A DNA stretch of 28,163 nucleotides, from IMG/VR virus record IMGVR_UViG_3300025066_000123, positions 1 to 28,163 of that record. One strand, written 5' to 3'. The notes beneath the pieces were generated by a model. The model made no database searches. It saw only the letters and a list, made by a program, of their open reading frames with translations, and was not told where the DNA came from. Shown in pieces: positions 1 to 6,913 of the stretch. The translations under genes and the position numbers were made by a program. Positions within the stretch are counted from its first letter, which is position 1, and the number at the start of each line of letters is the position of its first letter. The DNA comes from a virus. Its lineage: Duplodnaviria; Caudoviricetes.

Positions 1-2
1 AA

Positions 3-512
3 TCATCGTGCTGTTACACTCCATTTTTCTTCAAACTTTAACCAATTAGGCAATTCAGCTTCATCTTTGAAATGTTTCTTAATCTCAGCTTTATCGTACT
101 TCACAATAACTTCTGCCATATCTCTATAAATTAATTTTTTATCCCATTCTGAACTTATGTTTTTTTCATCAATTATTACTTTTTCGCTTTTACGAATTGA
201 ATAATTATATTCATCAGTTTTAAGTTTCTGATTTTCAGTTTGCTTTAAGGCATAGGTTTGATTTTCGGATAACCATTTAATTGTGTTGGCTAATGTATTT
301 CTTCGTTTCTTGTAATGTGCCTCTTGTGATTTCAAATATTCAATCTGACCTTTTAAATATCTTTTTAAGTTCTCATATTTATCTAACTTGTCATTTAAGG
401 CTTCTGAATTAACATTTAACATCACTTCAAGCTCTGGAGTAACTTCACCCCCTCCATCAATAATTAAGTCCTCTATCTCGTGAAACTCTGCAATTAAATC
501 ATTTAATTTCAT
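3..512 (-). CDS. Siphovirus Gp157-like protein (Gam-like, DNA end protection/recombination)
   Basis: 169 aa; acidic N-terminus, long coiled coil (KLDKYENLKRYLKGQIEYLKSQEAHYKKRR) then KLKTDEYNYSIRKSEKVII and YDKAEIKK, the Gp157 pattern; lies in operon with an annealase. Confidence 0.8.
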   Translation of the reverse strand: MKLNDLIAEFHEIEDLIIDGGGEVTPELEVMLNVNSEALNDKLDKYENLKRYLKGQIEYLKSQEAHYKKRRNTLANTIKWLSENQTYALKQTENQKLKTDEYNYSIRKSEKVIIDEKNISSEWDKKLIYRDMAEVIVKYDKAEIKKHFKDEAELPNWLKFEEKWSVTAR

Positions 513-649
513 AATGTATCCTTTTTTGTTTGAATTTCAAGAGTTAATTTTTCATCTTCAGATAATTCATAATCATCCTCTGATGGATTATTGTACAACT
601 CAGGATTAATCATCATATCTTCCTCTAATCTTCCTTTAATTTCCCCCAT
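509..649 (-). CDS. Small acidic hypothetical protein (46 aa, not in ORF track)
   Basis: MGEIKGRLEEDMMINPELYNNPSEDDYELSEDEKLTLEIQTKKDTL*; AGGAG just upstream of ATG; stop overlaps Gp157 start (ATGA); fills the gap in the operon. Confidence 0.7.
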   Translation of the reverse strand: MGEIKGRLEEDMMINPELYNNPSEDDYELSEDEKLTLEIQTKKDTL

Positions 650-857
650 TAGAAACTCCTTTTATACAATTTTCTTCCATTGCATCAATCATTTCTGCAA
701 TAACTTCATCAACTTTAGCATCTTCTTTAATTACATCTTCTAATTTTGATTTAATCGCTTCAGAAGTTAAATCATCCCAATTTTTAACAAGAAATTGTAA
801 AACACCAATAACTCGACCTGCCTGTCTGCTTCTAATTGTAGTTATAGTATTAGTCAT
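636..857 (-). CDS. Hypothetical protein (73 aa)
   Basis: ORF coupled to upstream annealase (TAATG overlap), GAGG upstream; no recognisable family. Confidence 0.7.
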   Translation of the reverse strand: MTNTITTIRSRQAGRVIGVLQFLVKNWDDLTSEAIKSKLEDVIKEDAKVDEVIAEMIDAMEENCIKGVSNGGN

Positions 858-1378
858 TATTTATTCCTCATCTGTGTTAATTTATTAATCATTTCATCGC
901 CTTGAATCTTAGAATGATAGCCTGATAACCATGTATTGGTCTTTTTTTCAATATCTTCATCACCAATCTCAGCAACTAAATCATTAATTATGATTAATTG
1001 GTCGGCTGACATTTTATTTTTCTTCATCCAATCTTCTTGTTTATTAGAATCAGATTGTTGATGTATTGCATTTTCAACTTCATTCGCTGATGCAAATTCA
1101 GTCCCACCAAAACCAGCACTTGCTAATGCTCTACCAATTGCAGAAGTTTCGCAATTTTCCAATGCTGAAGTTTTATTAATCTGCGTTGAACCCTCTTTCT
1201 CATAAGCATGACCCGTAAATGTATTACCATCAAATGATAATGTTGCTTTCATTATAACAATACCATTTTCGTATCGTTCTAAAGAAGTATTTAATGAGTA
1301 TTGACCTTTAGTTTTATCGTGGAGCATATTCACTCGCTCTACTACTGTGTAATACTCTTTTCCATGTATTTTAACCAT
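857..1378 (-). CDS. Single-strand annealing protein, Rad52/Sak-like
   Basis: KGKEY-like start (HGKEYYTVVERV), IVIMKATL, TGHAYE, and ALENCETSAIGRALASAGFG typical of phage Rad52-superfamily annealases; strong AGGAG RBS. Confidence 0.75.
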   Translation of the reverse strand: MVKIHGKEYYTVVERVNMLHDKTKGQYSLNTSLERYENGIVIMKATLSFDGNTFTGHAYEKEGSTQINKTSALENCETSAIGRALASAGFGGTEFASANEVENAIHQQSDSNKQEDWMKKNKMSADQLIIINDLVAEIGDEDIEKKTNTWLSGYHSKIQGDEMINKLTQMRNK

Positions 1379-1429
1379 TGTGTTCTCCTGTGTTTTGTTA
1401 TTCTTACACCATGTAAGATTTTAAATTGG

Positions 1430-1490
1430 TAAAAGAGATTTTACGGATAAACATGAAAATCCAACCCAAGTAAGTAGGAAATCTCTTTTA
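1430..1490 (-). ncRNA. Putative structured intergenic RNA (12-bp closing stem, inner GGAT/ATCC stem, loop antisense to start codons)
   Basis: Perfect inverted repeat TAAAAGAGATTT (1430-1441)/AAATCTCTTTTA (1479-1490); adjacent hairpin TCTTACA-CCA-TGTAAGA (1402-1418); strand inferred from operon direction. Confidence 0.4.
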
Positions 1491-1498
1491 TGCTTAAT

Positions 1499-1690
1499 TT
1501 AGTCTAATCTTTTGGACCAAGTAGAATTATTAAAACTATCCATTAACTTCTTTAATTTAATAAAGTTGCTACCCTGTGGCATTTGTTCGCCCCTAATCCA
1601 CCGAGATACTTGATTTTGATGAACACCAAGCATTTCAGCTATTTTGTTCTGTTTTAATCCTGATTTTTGTATAAATTTCTTTAAATCCAT
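1499..1690 (-). CDS. Cro/C1-type HTH transcriptional regulator (XRE family)
   Basis: 63 aa; GLKQNKIAEMLGVHQNQVSRWIRGEQMP is a classical HTH_3 signature. Confidence 0.9.
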   Translation of the reverse strand: MDLKKFIQKSGLKQNKIAEMLGVHQNQVSRWIRGEQMPQGSNFIKLKKLMDSFNNSTWSKRLD

Positions 1691-1711
1691 AATTCCTGTT
1701 TTTTTATTGTG

Positions 1712-1763
1712 GGTTAATTTATTAAACTTATATAATAAGTTGCAAGGTTAATTTAATAAACTT
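1712..1763 (-). promoter_or_regulatory. Sigma70-like promoter for the cro operon flanked by two 18-bp operator-like repeats
   Basis: Minus strand TTGCAA (1745-1740)-18 nt-TAAATT (1721-1716); repeats GGTTAATTTATTAAACTT (1712-1729) and GGTTAATTTAATAAACTT (1746-1763), 17/18 identical and quasi-palindromic. Confidence 0.6.
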
Positions 1764-1770
1764 TCGAGAT

Positions 1771-1807
1771 AAAAAAAAAGACCCTACAAATTAATGCAGA
1801 GCCTTTC
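1771..1807 (-). terminator. Rho-independent terminator ending the late (structural) operon
   Basis: Minus strand AAAGGCTCTGCA-TTAATT-TGTAGGGTCTTT followed by a T run; G-U pairs only work on the minus strand. Confidence 0.8.
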
Positions 1808-1830
1808 AACACAGGAGATTTAATTTTAAT

Positions 1831-2844
1831 TCACCAGACTTCTACAATGTCAAGATTTATATTATAGACATTGTTCGCCACTTGTTCGAATTTCATAGAT
1901 TTATTAACGACCCTGCATATCGCATATTCTTCAACATCAGAATTAGGTTGGAAGATAAAAGGCAATTGGAATCCGTTAGTCCCGTGATAGCATTTATCCA
2001 GAAAATTATCTTTAATGCTATAAAATGTTTCAGTTTCATCTTCTTCTGTGTTTGGGTCATTAGATACTCCTGTCCATTGAAATATACCTGTTGCTGAATT
2101 ATGTGAAGAGGGGAATAGACCTGTATCTGATACATAGCTAAATTTTAAATTCCAACTTCTACGACCAACAGGAAATACCGTTCTCCCCTCTGTTCCAGTA
2201 GGTTCAGTTCCTGTAGTCCAAGGCTGTCTAATCCAATTAGGTTGATGATTATGTCCTGCTGAAGTCAATGTATGACCTCCTAAAGTGGTTTGGGTCTTAA
2301 TTGATTCATTGCTGAATGTCTGAGTTAATTCAAGGTCAGGAGCATTTTGCATTTTATGTGACCAACATGCTGATATATCCCCCATTTTAGTAGAAGTTGG
2401 AGGTGTTTCTCCACCCTGAATATCAATTAACCCATTATGAATATTATAGGTGAATCTTTTTGCATTTATATCTGTATTTTGGACTCCATCAAATTTATGC
2501 CACCCATTATATAGATGAGTCCCTGTTGTTGAACTAATTATCCCAGCAGAATCACTTGGTGTAGTACTTTCATCTACAACATAAGCATTAGACTGTAAAT
2601 TATCTGTAAATAGATTATGACCCAATATAAAAATATGAGAAATAGAATTACACCAATACCTATTCTCAAATCTTATATTCAACCATGCTTTGCCCTCACT
2701 ACTTAATTCAACATCAGTTACTTTTGATGGGTTAAGATTAAATTTACCTTTTGCTTGTGATTCATCTGTAATTGCTCCCCATTGCCTTGCAAGAAGCATA
2801 GCATCGATATAAAATGTCGGTGTTCCTACTCGATTATAAGCCAT
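1831..2844 (-). CDS. Putative tail component (distal tail/minor tail-like)
   Basis: 337 aa, beta-rich, last gene of tail operon; C-terminal GRRSWNLKFSY...PFIFQP...YNINLDIVEVW resembles distal-tail-type folds. Confidence 0.5.
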   Translation of the reverse strand: MAYNRVGTPTFYIDAMLLARQWGAITDESQAKGKFNLNPSKVTDVELSSEGKAWLNIRFENRYWCNSISHIFILGHNLFTDNLQSNAYVVDESTTPSDSAGIISSTTGTHLYNGWHKFDGVQNTDINAKRFTYNIHNGLIDIQGGETPPTSTKMGDISACWSHKMQNAPDLELTQTFSNESIKTQTTLGGHTLTSAGHNHQPNWIRQPWTTGTEPTGTEGRTVFPVGRRSWNLKFSYVSDTGLFPSSHNSATGIFQWTGVSNDPNTEEDETETFYSIKDNFLDKCYHGTNGFQLPFIFQPNSDVEEYAICRVVNKSMKFEQVANNVYNINLDIVEVW

Positions 2845-3311
2845 TAATAACCTCCTTTAATCTTAGAATTATCTCTTTTTGTTAATTTCTTTGATAATTT
2901 TGATTTTTTATTTTTTCTGCCAACCCGACCATATTTATAAGTTCCTTTATATTTTTCAGGCTTTCCTGCTGTATTCCAAGTTGAATCAATTTTATTCCAA
3001 TAGTCAATTCCCTGTTCTGTGATTTTAGCGTTCTTATCGTCCACCTTAACCGATAAAATTCTAAACTCGCCTACATACCTGAATAATACTTTATCTCCAC
3101 TCTGTGGCTCTGTAAATCCAATATGAATTTGATTATGGTTTTTAATAAGCATTGATTTTTTACCAAAGTTTCTAACCCTTGCGTTATTATTTCCTAAATC
3201 TTGTATAAATTCGAAGTGGTCGTGCCTTAGTACAATTCGACCACGATATTTAATTACAATACTTTGGTAATTGCCTGATATTTCACAATAGCTTTTTCCG
3301 TAAGTAATCAC
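2844..3311 (-). CDS. Hypothetical virion-associated protein, candidate cohesin-like beta-sandwich with basic tail
   Basis: 155 aa; GTG start overlaps the stop of the dockerin-bearing gene; alternating beta-strand pattern; Lys/Arg-rich C-terminus. Cohesin-like call is inference only. Confidence 0.55.
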   Translation of the reverse strand: MITYGKSYCEISGNYQSIVIKYRGRIVLRHDHFEFIQDLGNNNARVRNFGKKSMLIKNHNQIHIGFTEPQSGDKVLFRYVGEFRILSVKVDDKNAKITEQGIDYWNKIDSTWNTAGKPEKYKGTYKYGRVGRKNKKSKLSKKLTKRDNSKIKGGY

Positions 3312-6300
3312 GATGGGTTAAGTATCTCCTCAACTAATGTAACAACATCTACTACATTGACTATACCATCTCCATTCATATCGGCAGCTATGAAATTATC
3401 ACTTCCTGCTTCCAATATATTAGTACCTAAAATATGACTAACTAATGTCACAATATCTGCTACATTTAGCTGCCCATCTAAATCAACATCTCCATTAATT
3501 GTTCCTTGGTCTGATATTCCTTCGCCCCATTGAAAAATAAAACTATCTTGATTGAAAGGGTGATTATCCCAAACAGAACTTGTATCATTATAAACATAAG
3601 CACCATTATATTGAGTTGGATTAACTGCAATAATCATACATAATAATTCAGTATTATGAGGAATATTCTCATCCCCCAACCAAAGACTATGGCTTACTGG
3701 AGCATCTCCCTCTATAGCTGGAATCTCATTGCTTTCATATAAAAGAGTAGAGTCTGGAGTTACTACATCTTCATATATTAATAATTTATAATATGCTGTT
3801 ATTGGAATACCTAACTCTGGAATAGGTTGTATTATATTAGGTGATGGATTCCAAGTAATATTTAATTCTGGGTTTATAATTTGTTGGGTTATAGTTTCTT
3901 CAGTAGTTGTTACCCTTTGAACAATTACATTGTCAATTGCAAAACTTGAGGGAATAGTAGATTCATTCATTACAATATATAATTTTTTATGATTTAGAGT
4001 ATTAAGAGTAATATCTATTTCGTGAGATTCCCAATTATTAGTAATAGGAATACTATCCACTATATTGTCATTATGGTGTATTGTAATATAGAAAGTATCT
4101 GCATCCCCTGAGAGTCTTTTAATATTCAAACTTACTTTATATATATCACCTTCAGAATATGCCCCCCATGTCATTCCATAATGTGTTCCGTCTAAATAAC
4201 ACCCCACCACTTGATTCTCATTGTCCGTTTTAACAGATAATGTTTGATCTTGAGTTACTCCAGTTTCACTGAAAAAATAATCATCAGTTGTTGGTTGCCA
4301 ATCGGTAGCTCCATCAGATGGCACAGCATCAAAAGTTGAGTTCATAACTGGTGAAACAATTAAATTATTAGAGGTAGTTGTTACTTCTACTTCTTCTATG
4401 TCTGGAATTACTATATTTTCCTGTGTCGGAGATGTAATTTCAGGAGGTAATAATGTTTGAGGGAAATAACAAGCTCCGAGAGTATTTTCATCAGCACTTA
4501 TTGTTGCTAATTGATTATAATTGACAGCATTAGTATCCATACAACCCTTAGTCTGCTCTAATTCAGGCTCATAAACTGTATCACTAAAATTATGTAATTG
4601 ATATAATTTAATTTCTACACTATCTAAATTTTTCTTTATCTGCTCAATAAAAAAGAATGGTAAAATTTGCTGACCATTTCTAATCTCTGCTTTCGTATAA
4701 TCTTCACCGAACATTTTACGGTTTTGTATTAAGCCACTTAGCCGAATAATATCACCAAGTTCAAGTGTTAAATAATTTAATGGTAATTTAATGGTAATTA
4801 AGTTGTGTTGATTAGCATGAAGTCCTGCTAAATATTTAGCTAAGTTTTCAGCAGTATCAGGGTCACGAATATATTTAGACTCAAATACATCGTCTTGGTC
4901 AAAATCCTCCCCAAATGTTTCATTAACATAATCTTGTAAGGACATATTGGCATTTGGTAATATTAATCCTGTTTCTTTTGTAAAATCTTTTAGTCCATAA
5001 TCGTAATGGTATTTGATATTTACACCTGAATTATATACCTTTTCAATTTTAGTTCTATTGAATTTATAAGATAGAATATCATCTATATTGATTGTTTTAT
5101 TGGGTTCTATTTCACTATCTAAATAGATATTTTTTATACTTTTTACATTAAATTCACCATTTTTAAAATAAGGAAATAGTCCACTTGATGCTGATACTTC
5201 TTCAATTAATTTCTTGGAATTTATTTTCTTATCAATTGTAAAAGCATATTTACCAAGAGAATTATCAACTAAATTAATACTACCATCATAATCAAGCTCA
5301 TCTATTAATATTGAACTATATATATCTGAGGTGGTACAATTATCGCCACCTCTACCTGTTGCCGATACAAAGAAATTATATTTATCAATTCCTTTAATTA
5401 CAGCTGAATGAATTACAAAGGTATCATATAAAGCACCTTTTACAGAAAGAATAATATTAGGGTCATCTAACCAAGTATTTACTTGCTTAAAATAACCAAT
5501 CTCAATATAATCAAAAGTATCAGTAATGCCCCAATTAAAATTTGATATGACAGCAGAATTTCCTGATATTGAATTATAATCTCCTTCTTGGTCAAAAGCC
5601 ATCGCTAATTTATTAGAAAATAAATAAGGGTATCCTACATTATTCGGTGTAGAAAAATCAGAAAATGCCTGAGGTGTTCCTGATACTCCAACTCCCCATA
5701 TAGGTGGATATTCATTATTATCACCAGTACTATGTCGAAATCTTAAATAAATATAAGTATAACTATCAACTTCTTCTCCACCTTCATCAGTAACAATATC
5801 TGAAGTATTAATTGTTGATATTTTTTCTAAATATATTCTAAAAAATTTATAGTTCCAAGTAACATCTGGGTTAGTTCCTGTTCCGTGAATATTTAGAGAG
5901 TGACCGACATCTATATCAAGTGTTCCGTTACTAAAATTATTATAATTATTAGCACCTAAATCATCATCTATTAATTCCCCTGCTAATATTCCAAAAGTAT
6001 CAATATTATCATCTAAAATATTTTCAGCAAACATTGCATTTATTTCTGCAATTTCAGAACTATCAACACCAAGACTTAAAACTCTTTTTCCTTTTCTTGG
6101 GGATATTATTCTTAAATTACCTAAAGATGTATCATTATCTTCAATATCTGTTTCTAATCTTATATAACCATCTTCTCGTGAAAAATTAGAATTTCCAGTA
6201 TTACTTAATCCCTCCCCTGTTGCTTTTTGTTCTGCAATATTAACATACGATTCATTGTAGAATATAAAAAGAGGTGAATTATTATAGTTATTTGATTCAC

Positions 6301-6913
6301 CGATTTGAAAATTATCAGTATTAAAATTAAAATCACTGGGATTATAGTCTGATAATATAATTTGTTCTTCTTCTATATTTTCAATTATGCAAGGAGATTT
6401 ATCAACAGTACCGAAAACCATGGGTTTAGGCTTTGCTCTATATTTTTCTAATATATCTTCTGAATCAGAAACTGTTTCTAACGGTAAATCTTTGTGTAAT
6501 TTATCCTGAGATAAATCTTCACAATTTAAAGTGACTTTATCTTGATTCTGAAAAAATGAACGAACTATAAATGTTCCTGCTTTATAACATTCTGAACTAT
6601 CTAATGTCTTGGAAGATTGAGAAGCAAACCATATATTCACTTCTTGATTCATTAAAGTATTTAAATGGTCTGAGAATCTTTCACCATCTTCTACATAATC
6701 GCTTATACTTAGGCTTACAGACGATATTTTATATTTTCGGTTCTCTATATCCAATGACTCAGAAATAGACGGTATATTAAGCAATATTGGCTTATAATAA
6801 TCATCATCAAAAGTAATCTTGCGAGTAGAAATTCGATGTTCACCAATAGTTACTAATACGAAATTACCAAGATGTTTACTATTTATGTCATCAAGAAATG
6901 CCAAAGTCTGCAC
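3308..6913 (-). CDS. Large tail (hub/tip) protein with CBM-like domain and C-terminal type I dockerin
   Basis: 1201 aa directly after tape measure; KPMVFG and LELGDIIRL motifs of tail hub proteins; GCMDTNAVNYN motif; duplicated Ca-binding loops GDVDLDGQLNVADIVTLV and ADMNGDGIVNVVDVVTLV at 3311-3493. Confidence 0.75.
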   Translation of the reverse strand: MQTLAFLDDINSKHLGNFVLVTIGEHRISTRKITFDDDYYKPILLNIPSISESLDIENRKYKISSVSLSISDYVEDGERFSDHLNTLMNQEVNIWFASQSSKTLDSSECYKAGTFIVRSFFQNQDKVTLNCEDLSQDKLHKDLPLETVSDSEDILEKYRAKPKPMVFGTVDKSPCIIENIEEEQIILSDYNPSDFNFNTDNFQIGESNNYNNSPLFIFYNESYVNIAEQKATGEGLSNTGNSNFSREDGYIRLETDIEDNDTSLGNLRIISPRKGKRVLSLGVDSSEIAEINAMFAENILDDNIDTFGILAGELIDDDLGANNYNNFSNGTLDIDVGHSLNIHGTGTNPDVTWNYKFFRIYLEKISTINTSDIVTDEGGEEVDSYTYIYLRFRHSTGDNNEYPPIWGVGVSGTPQAFSDFSTPNNVGYPYLFSNKLAMAFDQEGDYNSISGNSAVISNFNWGITDTFDYIEIGYFKQVNTWLDDPNIILSVKGALYDTFVIHSAVIKGIDKYNFFVSATGRGGDNCTTSDIYSSILIDELDYDGSINLVDNSLGKYAFTIDKKINSKKLIEEVSASSGLFPYFKNGEFNVKSIKNIYLDSEIEPNKTINIDDILSYKFNRTKIEKVYNSGVNIKYHYDYGLKDFTKETGLILPNANMSLQDYVNETFGEDFDQDDVFESKYIRDPDTAENLAKYLAGLHANQHNLITIKLPLNYLTLELGDIIRLSGLIQNRKMFGEDYTKAEIRNGQQILPFFFIEQIKKNLDSVEIKLYQLHNFSDTVYEPELEQTKGCMDTNAVNYNQLATISADENTLGACYFPQTLLPPEITSPTQENIVIPDIEEVEVTTTSNNLIVSPVMNSTFDAVPSDGATDWQPTTDDYFFSETGVTQDQTLSVKTDNENQVVGCYLDGTHYGMTWGAYSEGDIYKVSLNIKRLSGDADTFYITIHHNDNIVDSIPITNNWESHEIDITLNTLNHKKLYIVMNESTIPSSFAIDNVIVQRVTTTEETITQQIINPELNITWNPSPNIIQPIPELGIPITAYYKLLIYEDVVTPDSTLLYESNEIPAIEGDAPVSHSLWLGDENIPHNTELLCMIIAVNPTQYNGAYVYNDTSSVWDNHPFNQDSFIFQWGEGISDQGTINGDVDLDGQLNVADIVTLVSHILGTNILEAGSDNFIAADMNGDGIVNVVDVVTLVEEILNPS

